DNA of 64,000 nucleotides from NCBI RefSeq assembly GCF_056746865.1, contig NZ_CM163382.1; one strand, 5' to 3'. Shown piece by piece: positions 53,969 to 64,000 of this stretch (position 1 is its first letter; each line of letters starts with the position of its first letter). The notes under the pieces were generated by a model. It saw only the letters and a program-made list of their open reading frames with translations, ran no database searches and was not told where the DNA came from. The position numbers and the translations under genes were made by a program.

Positions 53969-54790
53969 ATGCGATTAGCAAGTCGTTTTGGTTATGCTGC
54001 AAACCAGATACGCCGTGACCGTCCGCTGACACATGAAGAACTGATACGCCATGTACCCAGTATTTTTGGGGAAGACCGGCACACCTCCCGCAGTGAACGG
54101 TATGCGTACATTCCCACCATTACCGTCCTGGAAAATCTGCAGCGGGAAGGCTTTCAGCCGTTCTTCGCCTGCCAGACCCGTGTGCGCGACCCGGGCCGCC
54201 GGGGATACACAAAACACATGCTGCGTCTGCGGCGGGCCGGAGAGATAAACGGAGAACATGTCCCTGAAATTATTCTGCTCAACTCTCATGACGGTACCTC
54301 CAGCTACCAGATGCTGCCGGGTTACTTCAGGTTCGTCTGCCAGAACGGGTGCGTCTGTGGCCAGTCTCTGGGGGAAGTGCGTGTTCCACACCGGGGAAAT
54401 GTAGTGGAGAAAGTTATCGAAGGGGCTTACGAGGTGGTGGGCGTGTTTGACCGGATAGAGGAGAAGCGTGATGCCATGCAGTCGCTGGTCCTGCCGCCAC
54501 CGGCACGCCAGGCGCTGGCACAGGCGGCACTGACTTACCGTTATGGTGACGAACATCAGCCCGTCACCACCGCCGACATTCTGACGCCGCGACGCCGGGA
54601 GGATTACGGTAAGGACCTGTGGAGCGCATATCAGACCATCCAGGAGAATATGCTGAAAGGCGGGATTTCCGGTCGCAGTGCAAAAGGAAAACGTATCCAT
54701 ACCCGGGCCATTCACAGCATTGATACCGACATTAAGCTCAATCGCGCATTGTGGGTGATGGCAGAAACGATGCTGGAGAGCCTGCGCTGA
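53969..54790 (+). CDS. DUF932-family protein (YafZ/YfjQ-like)
   Basis: 273 aa, MRLASRFG...; typical CP4-type island gene; family call from memory. Confidence 0.7.
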   Translation: MRLASRFGYAANQIRRDRPLTHEELIRHVPSIFGEDRHTSRSERYAYIPTITVLENLQREGFQPFFACQTRVRDPGRRGYTKHMLRLRRAGEINGEHVPEIILLNSHDGTSSYQMLPGYFRFVCQNGCVCGQSLGEVRVPHRGNVVEKVIEGAYEVVGVFDRIEEKRDAMQSLVLPPPARQALAQAALTYRYGDEHQPVTTADILTPRRREDYGKDLWSAYQTIQENMLKGGISGRSAKGKRIHTRAIHSIDTDIKLNRALWVMAETMLESLR

Positions 54791-54871
54791 TGCCGTTTCC
54801 CTGAGTGAGGGAATCATTCAGCTTTCGTTCCTGAAAAACACACATTTATTTGTTATTTAAGGAGTTATCTC

Positions 54872-55351
54872 ATGAAAACCGTTTCTCAGAATACCCCCAC
54901 AATTTATTCAGCTACAACACCAGAGAATAATCCGCCTCAGTTGGTTGCCAGCCTCGTCCCTGATGAACAGCGCATCAGCTTCTGGCCGCAGCATTTTGGC
55001 CTCATTCCACAGTGGGTGACCCTGGAGCCCCGTGTCTTCGGCTGGATGGACCGTCTGTGCGAAGACTACTGCGGTGGTATCTGGAATCTGTACACCCTGA
55101 ACAACGGCGGGGCATTTATGGCACCCGAACCGGATGACGATGATGACGAAACATGGGTACTGTTCAATGCCATGAACGGTAACCGCGCAGAAATGAGCCC
55201 GGAAGCCGCCGGTATTGCCGCCTGTCTGATGACGTACAGTCATCATGCCTGTCGTACGGAGAATTATGCCATGACGGTCCATTATTACCGGTTGCGGGAT
55301 TACGCCCTGCAGCATCCGGAATGCAGCGCCATTATGCGCATCATCGACTGA
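54872..55351 (+). CDS. antirestriction protein (KlcA/ArdB-like, YfjX family)
   Basis: 159 aa with acidic patch PEPDDDDDETW; position between DUF932 and RadC genes. Confidence 0.65.
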   Translation: MKTVSQNTPTIYSATTPENNPPQLVASLVPDEQRISFWPQHFGLIPQWVTLEPRVFGWMDRLCEDYCGGIWNLYTLNNGGAFMAPEPDDDDDETWVLFNAMNGNRAEMSPEAAGIAACLMTYSHHACRTENYAMTVHYYRLRDYALQHPECSAIMRIID

Positions 55352-55366
55352 ATGGAGAGAAGCACA

Positions 55367-55843
55367 ATGCAACAACTTTCCTTTCTGCCCGGAGAGATGA
55401 CGCCCGGCGAGCGCAGCCTCATTCAACGGGCCCTGAAAACCCTGGACCGCCATCTTCATGAACCCGGCGTGGCCTTCACCTCCACCCGTGCAGCACGGGA
55501 ATGGCTGATTCTGAACATGGCGGGACTGGAGCGTGAAGAATTCCGGGTGCTGTATCTGAACAACCAGAATCAGCTGATTGCCGGTGAAACCCTCTTCACC
55601 GGCACCATCAACCGCACGGAAGTCCATCCCCGTGAAGTGATTAAACGCGCCCTGTATCACAATGCCGCTGCTGTGGTGCTGGCACACAATCACCCGTCCG
55701 GTGAAGTCACACCCAGCAAGGCAGACCGCCTTATCACGGAACGTCTGGTACAGGCACTGGGCCTGGTGGATATCCGGGTGCCGGACCATCTGATAGTCGG
55801 TGGCAGCCAGGTTTTCTCCTTTGCCGAACATGGTCTGCTTTAA
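55367..55843 (+). CDS. yeeS: RadC-like JAB-domain protein
   Basis: ORF 55352..55843; ATG 55367 after GGAGAG; JAMM motif HNHPSGEVTPS. Confidence 0.75.
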   Translation: MQQLSFLPGEMTPGERSLIQRALKTLDRHLHEPGVAFTSTRAAREWLILNMAGLEREEFRVLYLNNQNQLIAGETLFTGTINRTEVHPREVIKRALYHNAAAVVLAHNHPSGEVTPSKADRLITERLVQALGLVDIRVPDHLIVGGSQVFSFAEHGLL

Positions 55844-55905
55844 CCCGTCACAACCACATCACACCTGTTTTCACTTTTATCTTCTGTCTTCAGAGGTATC
55901 CCACT

Positions 55906-56127
55906 ATGAAAATCATCACCCGTGGCGAAGCCATGCGTATTCACCGTCAGCATCCGGCATCCCGTCTTTTTCCGTTCTGTACCGGTAAATACCGCTGGCA
56001 CGGCAGTGCTGAAGCGTATACCGGTCGTGAAGTGCAGGATATTCCCGGTGTGCTGGCCGTGTTTGCTGAACGCCGTAAGGACAGTTTTGGCCCGTATGTC
56101 CGGCTGATGAGCGTCACTCTGAACTGA
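55906..56127 (+). CDS. yeeT: DUF987-family protein
   Basis: 73 aa, MKIITRGEAMRIHRQHPASRLFPF... Confidence 0.75.
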   Translation: MKIITRGEAMRIHRQHPASRLFPFCTGKYRWHGSAEAYTGREVQDIPGVLAVFAERRKDSFGPYVRLMSVTLN

Positions 56128-56206
56128 GTCAGTAAGGGCATTCTGATGAGCAGAATTATCGCCATTACCGGACCGTTCTTAACCGATTTTCTGTAAGGAT
56201 TTTATC

Positions 56207-56575
56207 GTGTCAGACACACTCCCCGGGACAACACTTCCCGACGACAATCACGACCGCCCCTGGTGGGGGCTGCCCTGCACCGTGACGCCCTGTTTCGGGG
56301 CACGTCTGGTGCAGGAGGGTAACCGGTTGCATTACCTTGCCGACCGCGCCGGTATCAGAGGCCTGTTCAGCGATGCAGATGCGTACCACCTGGACCAGGC
56401 CTTTCCGCTGCTGATGAAACAACTGGAACTCATGCTCACCAGCGGTGAACTGAATCCCCGCCATCAGCATACCGTCACGCTGTATGCAAAAGGGCTGACC
56501 TGCAAAGCCGATACCCTCAGCAGTTGTGGTTACGTTTATCTGGCTGTTTATCCGACGCCCGAAATGAAAAATTAA
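56207..56575 (+). CDS. cbeA: type IV antitoxin CbeA
   Basis: 122 aa, MSDTLPGTTLPDDNHDRPWWGL... Confidence 0.8.
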   Translation: MSDTLPGTTLPDDNHDRPWWGLPCTVTPCFGARLVQEGNRLHYLADRAGIRGLFSDADAYHLDQAFPLLMKQLELMLTSGELNPRHQHTVTLYAKGLTCKADTLSSCGYVYLAVYPTPEMKN

Positions 56576-56663
56576 CTCTCCAGAATAGCCTTCTGCTACG
56601 GCCTGGTGTTTTCACCACGCCACTTTTCCATTTTTATATCTGCATATCAGGAAAATCTTCAGT

Positions 56664-57036
56664 ATGAAAACATTACCTGTATTACCCGGGCAGGCGGCCA
56701 GTTCTCGCCCGTCTCCTGTTGAAATCTGGCAGATACTGCTGTCCCGACTGCTGGACCAGCACTATGGCCTCACACTGAATGACACACCTTTTGCCGATGA
56801 ACGTGTGATTGAGCAGCATATTGAGGCAGGCATTTCACTGTGTGATGCGGTGAACTTTCTCGTGGAAAAATACGCGCTGGTGCTACCGACCAGCCGGGAT
56901 TCAGCGCCTGTACCCGCTCTCAGTTAATAAACAGCATCGATATCCTCCGGGCTCGCAGGGCGACCGGCCTGATGACCCGCGACAATTACAGAACGGTAAA
57001 TAACATTACCCTGGGTAAGTATCCGGAGGCGAAATG
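56664..57036 (+). pseudogene. cbtA: type IV toxin CbtA, frameshifted near codon 75
   Basis: [26 protein letters not shown]... stops after 87 aa; the expected C-terminus (INSIDILRARRATGLMTRDNYRTVNNITLGKYPEAK*) continues in another frame to 57036. Confidence 0.7.
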
Positions 57037-57228
57037 ATGACACTGGAAGCCGACAGCGTTAACGTACAGGCGCTGGATATGGGGCACATTGTCGTTGACA
57101 TTGATGGTGTTAATATCACTGAACTGATTAATAAGGCCGCTGAAAACGGTTATTCACTCCGCGTGGTGGATGACCGTGACTCTACCGAAACACCGGCAAC
57201 TTATGCCAGCCCTCACCAGTTGCTGTAA
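57034..57228 (+). CDS. yeeW: YeeW-family small protein
   Basis: 64 aa, start overlaps the cbtA end. Confidence 0.7.
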   Translation: MMTLEADSVNVQALDMGHIVVDIDGVNITELINKAAENGYSLRVVDDRDSTETPATYASPHQLL

Positions 57229-57612
57229 GACAATGCAGTGATGCAGGGTATAGTGCCATTAACCACAGAAACAGCACTGTTGTCCTGTATTAAGCAGGCA
57301 AGAGAAGATGTCCTTACCCTGCGCCATCTGCAGCTTCTGCACCAGAACCGGTGAATCTCACTCAACAGGCTTCATTTCCCCTGACGCCAGCCTGAATACA
57401 GCTGGCGTTTTCATTTATAAACAGAAAGGAAAACCGATAATAATGGAATGGACGCCCCGACCATGAAGCAACGGTAGGATATTACTGATAAACCTTCCAG
57501 TGGAGGTGCGTTATGGCCGTTTTAACGATTAGCATTGACCTGACAAAAAATGAATTCCAAATCCACGGTCTGGGTAGGAACAGAAAAATCTAAGCTCAGA
57601 AAACGGATTAAA

Positions 57613-57785
57613 GTAAGCGTCAACGGAGCACCGTATTGACGCTTATTTATTGGTGAGAACTACGTTCCATGGCAGGAGTTCGTCAACACGGTTGGAGGGC
57701 CATTCCGGCAGTATGCTCAGAATATGGCGCAGATACGCTTCCGGATCGATACCGTTCAGACGGCAGGTGCCTGCTTTTCCGGCAA
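57613..57785 (-). mobile_element. IS66-family right-end fragment, inverted relative to the copy at 27590..27805
   Basis: GTAAGCGTCAACGG...; minus strand encodes ...GTCRLNGIDPEAYLRHILSILPEWPSNRVDELLPWNVVLTNK*. Confidence 0.55.
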
Positions 57786-57825
57786 CAAGCAGGAATCTCA
57801 GCGCTGAAGCAGGAATTAGAGGTAA

Positions 57826-58025
57826 AAACGCCCTACCGGGCCATGAATCACCCGGTCATTGGAGTAGTAACCAAAGCAGATTTAGCCAGCATGGAACAAA
57901 TATCTTTGGTGAAAAGTTGGTTACGGGAAGCTGGAGCGCACAACGTGTTAGTAACCAGTGCAGTTAATAACAATGGAGTTACAGAACTTTTTGCCTTGCT
58001 GCATACAGAAGAAGGCTGTTGTTAA
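57826..58025 (+). pseudogene. EutP/PduV-like GTPase C-terminal fragment (yoeF-like)
   Basis: ...HPVIGVVTKADLASMEQISLVKSWLREAGAHNVLVTSAVNNNGVTELF...; no N-terminal P-loop. Confidence 0.4.
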
Positions 58026-58125
58026 TTTCGATTGGTTCTCAGATGAGAATGATGACGGTGATACACAGATAAGAATCAATGAGCAATGAGGGTTACCGGG
58101 CAACCCTCATTGAATAAAACGGGAA

Positions 58126-58455
58126 TTACTTCGCTTCGCCGTTTTTCATTTCGCCCATAGCTTTCAGCTTTTTGGAGATATCGCGGCGTTCTTTGGAGAG
58201 CTCGGCATTTTTGATGATGTAATCGTCAACGCGATCTTCATAGTCACCTTTCATGCTGGCGATGATGCCCTGGATTGCTTCAACGCTCATCCCTGGCTTG
58301 ATGTAATCGCTCAGGTTGTCCAGCAACAGGACGCGCTTCTGGTTGTCACGGATCTTTTTCTCAACGTCCTGAATTTCACGTTGCAGTTTGTTCTTACGAC
58401 GGAACAGACGAACAAATTCCAGTACGTCCTGGAATGAAGGCTTGGTAGTTTCCAT
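58126..58455 (-). CDS. yeeX: DUF496-family protein
   Basis: ORF 58126..58521; start at [14 protein letters not shown]; 109 aa. Confidence 0.85.
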   Translation of the reverse strand: METTKPSFQDVLEFVRLFRRKNKLQREIQDVEKKIRDNQKRVLLLDNLSDYIKPGMSVEAIQGIIASMKGDYEDRVDDYIIKNAELSKERRDISKKLKAMGEMKNGEAK

Positions 58456-58626
58456 TTTTATACCCCTGATAATGTGAGAGTCGGATTCGTTTAAGCAACC
58501 GCTATTCGTTAGGGCCAACATTACTCATAGCTGCCGCAGATGACAATGCTTTTATCCCTTTTCACTATCATACCCTTTATCCTTGCTGAATCGAAGCAGC
58601 AGCAAGATGATTCTGAAGTTCAGGAA

Positions 58627-59685
58627 TTATTTGCGCAAGGCCCGGCAAATCAGATTCGATAGCAACTCAAGCTGATGTGCCGTTTCCATGTTCAGCCACA
58701 CATAACCATAGATTGGTGTTTCCACAACCTTCAGGTCATGGTGGTTATCGAGCAACTGACGCAGCTCTTCCACAGCATCGTTCAATTTTTCCGTATTGGC
58801 AAAAACCGGCTGCGGATTACCTTCGTACAGCGCATGAACAAGGCTCAGCAGTATTTGCTGCATCATGTGCTGGGTATCACGAAGTTTTTGCGCGTTCAAT
58901 AACACGAAATGGCTGGGGCGCGTGGCCCAGTACGCATTGATTTGCAACTCCAGCATACAAACCAGATTGCGGTTAATGGTCTGGATACCTTCATATATCG
59001 ATTTGGGAATACGGGTTTCTTTGCTGGCGGGCGCAATCAGCCCACGCATTTTCACGGCATCGGTCAGCAGTTTTTGTAGATGGCTTTCCAGACGTGGGCG
59101 TTCGAGTAAGTTCGGTGAGAATGCAGATTGATAGACCCGATTATACTCGGTCAGACTTTTCGCCAGTTGAATGCGCCAGTGGATGAACGCCCGTTGTGGC
59201 CAGATACCGGTAAACAACATTGCCAGTAAAGAGCCGAGGATCACATCGCCGCTTCGCCATAACGCCGTATCAATTTCACCTGTCGGGGAACCCACAACAA
59301 TTGCCAGCGTCACCCCAATCAATAATCCTTGATACGGTTTCTTGCCCAGCGCCAGCCAACCGCAAAGAAACATCGCCGCCGCGCACCAGACTAACATCAG
59401 CGGTAACGAAATTAACTCCAGTTGCAGAGCGATAAGACCTAAAATCGACCCCAACACCGTACCGCCAATACGTTCGAAGGCACGAGGGACAACGTTCCCC
59501 CAGAACGAGATTGGCCCCATAATCACCACCATGGTGACCAGCGGCCAGGTGCTTTCCGGGATAGTAAACAGGCGGATAATGAGAAAAGTGAGCAGGAATG
59601 CCAGCGCGACCCGAGTACCATGCACAATGCGGTAATGGCGGTATACCCGGATTTCAAACGGGCTTAATGACTTATCGGCACGCAC
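58627..59685 (-). CDS. yeeA: FUSC-family inner-membrane protein
   Basis: 352-aa ORF with multiple TM segments; synteny. Confidence 0.85.
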   Translation of the reverse strand: MRADKSLSPFEIRVYRHYRIVHGTRVALAFLLTFLIIRLFTIPESTWPLVTMVVIMGPISFWGNVVPRAFERIGGTVLGSILGLIALQLELISLPLMLVWCAAAMFLCGWLALGKKPYQGLLIGVTLAIVVGSPTGEIDTALWRSGDVILGSLLAMLFTGIWPQRAFIHWRIQLAKSLTEYNRVYQSAFSPNLLERPRLESHLQKLLTDAVKMRGLIAPASKETRIPKSIYEGIQTINRNLVCMLELQINAYWATRPSHFVLLNAQKLRDTQHMMQQILLSLVHALYEGNPQPVFANTEKLNDAVEELRQLLDNHHDLKVVETPIYGYVWLNMETAHQLELLSNLICRALRK

Positions 59686-59882
59686 TCAGAAACTCCGTAA
59701 TGAAGATGAAAAGCGCTCATAACACATCTGTCGGCCAGAAGGCGCGCCTCTGAGTTATCCGACGGACATACCGGGAACAGTGTAATTTCCCGGCAGGAGC
59801 GAAAAATTTGAAAGGCGCATCTTACTCTTTTCGCTTTCAAAAAAAGAGTGGTCTTCGCGTTAACACACCGCCCTGAGATGAA

Positions 59883-60356
59883 TTAGTGATGTTTTGGCTG
59901 CACCGCAACATACATTTCGATATCCCAGTACCCATCTTCCGCGCCATTGTTCAAGTAAACCTCGAAGCAGGGCTTTGGTAACATTTCATAAGCACTGTCC
60001 TGCAAGAGGCTATTAAAGAACTGATACCAGGGTTTAGCAAAATCATCACCGACTACACGAGCCACCGCCACCGCATATTGACCACCTGAAATTTCTGTCA
60101 GAATGACGCCCTCACTGTTTTCGGGGAGCGTAAAGTTATTCGGTACCGTCACGACGGTGTCGCAGCGTAATTTTTCGGCGGGTGTTTCATCCGGATTGTC
60201 GTAATAGACAGCAACCCACTCCTTCGGCACAATATTTTTGCTATCTACCCACATCATCAACTGCTCAAAACCTTTCTTTACCGTCTGTTCCCACGGGCCA
60301 ACGAGATGGAAACCTGCAACGGTACGTTTCTCTTCCTGCTTAATCTCGTAGTTCAT
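59883..60356 (-). CDS. sbmC: DNA gyrase inhibitor (GyrI-like)
   Basis: 157 aa, [25 protein letters not shown]... Confidence 0.9.
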   Translation of the reverse strand: MNYEIKQEEKRTVAGFHLVGPWEQTVKKGFEQLMMWVDSKNIVPKEWVAVYYDNPDETPAEKLRCDTVVTVPNNFTLPENSEGVILTEISGGQYAVAVARVVGDDFAKPWYQFFNSLLQDSAYEMLPKPCFEVYLNNGAEDGYWDIEMYVAVQPKHH

Positions 60357-60474
60357 GACGCCTCCATTGATGCTGTTTTTATATACAGTATAGTTGCAAA
60401 ATTAAAACCACAAGGAATGAGTGTTGATTATGCGAGCAGACTCGCACTCCTGCCAGTCTGCTGCAAAAGAAAGG

Positions 60475-61647
60475 TCAGGCCTTATGGTGGAAATAATCAC
60501 TCAGGCGAGAAAACATGCTGCCTTCCCCGACAGATTCCAGGGTAACCAGCGGCCAGTGCGCCACCTGTTTATCACGGTCGTAAAGTTCAATTTCCCCTAC
60601 CCGCTGATGGGCGCTAATTGGCGCGGTGAGCTCTTTACCATCAAGGGTATATTTGGCTTTGATATGTGGAATTTCGGCTTTCGGTAGCACCATCCAGAAC
60701 TCTTGTTCCGTTCCCAGGTCGATATTTTCTTTATCGCCATACCAGATGCGTTCCGTTCCGACCTTTTTCCCACGGTGCAAAATTTGCACCGTAGTAAAGT
60801 TTTGTTGCCCCCAACGCAGTAATTTTCTTGCCTCTTCCTCACGACCTTTTGCACTGTCAGCCCCCATTACCACTGCAATGAGACGACGCTGCCCATCTAC
60901 AGCCGAAGCAATGAGATTAAACCCGGCACCAGAAGTATGACCCGTTTTCAGGCCGTCAACATTCATGGTTTTATCCCACAACAACCCGTTACGGTTTTGC
61001 TGGGTGATACCGTTCCAGGTGAGACTTTTCTCACTGTACATATGATAAAACTCGGGCTCGCCGTGGATGATAGCGCGAGAAAGCACAGCTAAATCATAAG
61101 CCGAGCTATGCTGGCCAGGTGCATCCAGACCATGCACTGTTTCAAAATGCGTATCCTTGAGATGCAACTTCTCGGCATAGTTGTTCATCATTTCAACAAA
61201 CTGCCGTTGCCCACCGGCAATATAGTCAGCCAATGCAACACAAGCGTCATTTCCGGAATCCACAATTAAACCACGGCTTAAATCACGTACCGATACGCGA
61301 TCGCCCTCTTTCAAAAACATCAGTGAAGAACCGACAAACACCGGATTATCTTTCGCCCACGCATCGCGCCCCACGGTGACAATATCGTCTGGCGTAATGC
61401 GATGACTATCGATAGCGCGATCCACGACATAGCCCGTCATCAGCTTTGTCAGGCTGGCGGGATTGCGCTGTTGATGCTCATTACCCGCGGTGAGGATCTG
61501 TCCGGTGGTGTAATCCATCAGTACCCAGGACCCGGCATGAATCTCTGGAGGCTGAGGTGAAAAAGGAATGTTTTCCGCCGCAAAACCAGACGATAAGTTA
61601 AAAACGAACAAAGAAGCAGCAATAATAAGACGGCGTTTCAACAGCAA
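60475..61647 (-). CDS. dacD: D-alanyl-D-alanine carboxypeptidase (PBP6b)
   Basis: 390-aa ORF; signal peptide; SxxK (SLTK), SGN and KTG motifs. Confidence 0.9.
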   Translation of the reverse strand: MLLKRRLIIAASLFVFNLSSGFAAENIPFSPQPPEIHAGSWVLMDYTTGQILTAGNEHQQRNPASLTKLMTGYVVDRAIDSHRITPDDIVTVGRDAWAKDNPVFVGSSLMFLKEGDRVSVRDLSRGLIVDSGNDACVALADYIAGGQRQFVEMMNNYAEKLHLKDTHFETVHGLDAPGQHSSAYDLAVLSRAIIHGEPEFYHMYSEKSLTWNGITQQNRNGLLWDKTMNVDGLKTGHTSGAGFNLIASAVDGQRRLIAVVMGADSAKGREEEARKLLRWGQQNFTTVQILHRGKKVGTERIWYGDKENIDLGTEQEFWMVLPKAEIPHIKAKYTLDGKELTAPISAHQRVGEIELYDRDKQVAHWPLVTLESVGEGSMFSRLSDYFHHKA

Positions 61648-61849
61648 ACCCTCAGGAGTTTCAAATAGCTGTTCTTTTTACGGAAATACTTATGAACTGG
61701 CTGGAATAAAGTGCAAGAAAATGTGACTACCCTCTCATTTTCATCTGACATGATCTGTTGCTACTCGCTGTCAAATTGTCGCGCTAAAGCTGATTAGCAC
61801 GGTGATATTTGATACTCTGGCAGACAGCAGAAATAACGGATTTAACCTA

Positions 61850-63277
61850 ATGATGAATGACGGTAAGCAACAATCTACCTTTTTGTTTCACGATTACGAA
61901 ACCTTTGGCACGCACCCCGCGTTAGATCGCCCTGCACAGTTCGCAGCCATTCGCACCGATAGCGAATTCAATGTCATCGGCGAACCCGAAGTCTTTTACT
62001 GCAAGCCCGCGGATGACTATTTACCCCAGCCTGGAGCCGTATTAATTACAGGTATTACCCCGCAGGAAGCACGGGCGAAAGGAGAAAACGAAGCCGCGTT
62101 TGCCGCCCGTATTCACTCGCTTTTTACCGTACCGAAGACCTGTATTCTGGGCTACAACAATGTGCGTTTCGACGACGAAGTCACACGCAACGTTTTTTAT
62201 CGTAATTTCTACGATCCTTACGCCTGGAGCTGGCAGCATGATAACTCGCGCTGGGATTTACTGGATGTTATGCGTGCCTGTTATGCCCTGCGCCCGGAAG
62301 GAATAAACTGGCCTGAAAATGATGACGGTCTACCGAGCTTTCGCCTTGAGCATTTAACCAAAGCGAATGGAATTGAACATAGCAACGCCCACGATGCGAT
62401 GGCTGATGTGTACGCCACTATTGCGATGGCGAAACTGGTAAAAACGCGTCAGCCACGTCTGTTTGAATATCTCTTTACCCATCGTAATAAACACAAACTG
62501 ATGGCGTTGATTGATGTTCCGCAGATGAAACCCCTGGTTCACGTTTCCGGAATGTTTGGGGCATGGCGCGGCAATACCAGCTGGGTGGCACCGCTGGCGT
62601 GGCATCCTGAAAATCGCAATGCCGTAATTATGGTGGATTTGGCAGGAGACATTTCGCCATTACTGGAGCTGGATAGCGACACATTGCGCGAGCGTTTATA
62701 TACCGCAAAAGCCGATCTTGGCGATAACGCCGCCGTTCCGATTAAGCTGGTGCACATCAATAAATGTCCGGTACTGGCCCAGGCGAATACGCTACGCCCG
62801 GAAGATGCCGACCGACTGGGAATTAATCGTCAGCATTGCCTCGATAACCTAAAAATTCTGCGTGAAAATCCGCAAGTGCGTGAAAAAGTGGTGGCGATAT
62901 TCGCGGAAGCCGAACCGTTTACGCCTTCAGATAACGTGGATGCACAGCTTTATAACGGCTTTTTCAGTGACGCCGATCGTGCAGCAATGAAAATTGTGCT
63001 GGAAACCGAGCCGCGTAATTTACCGGCACTGGATATCACTTTTGTTGATAAACGAATTGAAAAACTGTTGTTCAATTATCGGGCGCGCAACTTCCCGGGG
63101 ACGCTGGATTATGCCGAGCAGCAACGCTGGCTTGAGCACCGCCGCCAGGTCTTCACGCCAGAGTTTTTGCAGGGCTACGCTGATGAATTGCAGATGCTGG
63201 CACAACAGTATGCCGATGACAAAGAGAAAGTGGCGCTGTTAAAAGCGCTTTGGCAGTACGCGGAAGAGATCGTCTAA
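61850..63277 (+). CDS. sbcB: exodeoxyribonuclease I
   Basis: ORF 61802..63277; start at MMNDGKQQSTFLFHDYETFG (DEDD exonuclease motif); 475 aa. Confidence 0.9.
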   Translation: MMNDGKQQSTFLFHDYETFGTHPALDRPAQFAAIRTDSEFNVIGEPEVFYCKPADDYLPQPGAVLITGITPQEARAKGENEAAFAARIHSLFTVPKTCILGYNNVRFDDEVTRNVFYRNFYDPYAWSWQHDNSRWDLLDVMRACYALRPEGINWPENDDGLPSFRLEHLTKANGIEHSNAHDAMADVYATIAMAKLVKTRQPRLFEYLFTHRNKHKLMALIDVPQMKPLVHVSGMFGAWRGNTSWVAPLAWHPENRNAVIMVDLAGDISPLLELDSDTLRERLYTAKADLGDNAAVPIKLVHINKCPVLAQANTLRPEDADRLGINRQHCLDNLKILRENPQVREKVVAIFAEAEPFTPSDNVDAQLYNGFFSDADRAAMKIVLETEPRNLPALDITFVDKRIEKLLFNYRARNFPGTLDYAEQQRWLEHRRQVFTPEFLQGYADELQMLAQQYADDKEKVALLKALWQYAEEIV

Positions 63278-63319
63278 TTTGAAGCCTCCGCCGCTGGTAC
63301 GGCGGAGGACAATGTTGAG

Positions 63320-63547
63320 TCAGGCTTTTTGAACGGTGATGCTCCACGCTGCATCGCCAATCTGCTGATAATCGGTGATGGCATGTCCTTCTTCTGCCGC
63401 CCACTGTGGGATTGCTTCAGTTGCCTGGGTGCAATCAAACTCAATTACCAACTCATCGCCGCTGGCCATTTCTGCCAGTGCTGCTTTTGCTTCTATGAGT
63501 GGAAACGGACAGACCTGCGTCACCACATCCAGCTTTTTAATCGCCAT
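63320..63547 (-). CDS. yeeD: TusA-like sulfur-carrier protein
   Basis: 75 aa with CPFP motif (VTQVCPFPLIEAK). Confidence 0.85.
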   Translation of the reverse strand: MAIKKLDVVTQVCPFPLIEAKAALAEMASGDELVIEFDCTQATEAIPQWAAEEGHAITDYQQIGDAAWSITVQKA

Positions 63548-63560
63548 CTTTACACCTTAC

Positions 63561-64000
63561 TTAATTTGCCGCAGCAGTTGCCAGTCGCGCCTTACGCTGC
63601 GGTCGAACATACACAAGCCAGGACGCAGTCCAGACTCCGAGAATCATAAATACAAGGCCAATCCAGCCCTGCCAGGTCATCATTGCAGTCATGACCAGTC
63701 CATTACCGATAGAGCAACCACCTGCAATGCTGGCACCGAAGCCCATCAGTACACCACCTAACCCGCTACGTAATGTTGTTTGTGCATCAGCAGCGCGAAC
63801 GCGGAACTCACGGCTCGCTTTGGCGGCAATAAATGACCCCACGAAGATCCCTAACACCAGGAAAACGCCCCAGTTAATGTATTTCACGTCACCCGCGACC
63901 AGAAATTGCAGAATATTGGCCGTTGGGGAAGTGATGCCTAACCCAAACATACGTCCGGTTGCTTCACTCAGGGGCCAGGCTAAAAGCGCAATCAAACCGA
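63561..64000 (-). CDS. yeeE: thiosulfate/sulfur transporter, C-terminal part only (gene continues beyond the window)
   Basis: ORF 63561..63995 open to the window edge; polytopic membrane protein; synteny with yeeD. Confidence 0.75.
   Translation of the reverse strand, partial: GLIALLAWPLSEATGRMFGLGITSPTANILQFLVAGDVKYINWGVFLVLGIFVGSFIAAKASREFRVRAADAQTTLRSGLGGVLMGFGASIAGGCSIGNGLVMTAMMTWQGWIGLVFMILGVWTASWLVYVRPQRKARLATAAAN

Noticed and set aside
53975-55831. Long antisense ORFs (53975..54817, 280 aa; 54908..55831, 307 aa) opposite the DUF932, antirestriction and RadC genes
   Set aside because: The plus-strand products carry recognisable family features (273-aa DUF932-like protein, acidic antirestriction patch, HNHPSG JAMM motif) and RBS-linked starts; the antisense ORFs are low-complexity.

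Overview
This window is an Escherichia coli chromosomal segment spanning yodB to yeeE. Gene names are assigned from motifs, synteny and memory of E. coli proteins; nothing was searched against a database. The conserved backbone is yodB, serU, mtfA, asnT, shiA, amn, yeeN, asnW, yeeO, asnU, cbl, nac, asnV, ldtA, cobT-cobS-cobU, then yeeX, yeeA, sbmC, dacD, sbcB, yeeD and partial yeeE. Two accessory regions interrupt it. (1) Next to asnT (2.7-13.5 kb) lies a decayed islet: a P4-type integrase with an in-frame amber codon, an iteron-like repeat array and an opposite-strand tyrosine recombinase, followed by yeeJ with its 5' part deleted and an in-frame TAA, and an IS2 with a 5-bp target duplication in the 3' end of yeeL. 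(2) Between cobU and yeeX (about 26-58 kb) lies a CP4-44-like mosaic island. It carries IS remnants and elements (IS2-group, IS66, ISL3, IS21), a four-gene sugar-kinase/amidohydrolase cassette, a ggt fragment, and a CP4-type module (YagK-like, AlpA, yeeP::IS21, DUF932, antirestriction, RadC, yeeT, cbeA, frameshifted cbtA, yeeW). The main candidate for an undescribed system is the operon at 48138..52503: a dynamin-like GTPase, a helical partner and a patatin-like phospholipase, joined by overlapping stop/start codons and preceded by a triple CGATCG operator-like repeat. No CRISPR array or rRNA was seen.
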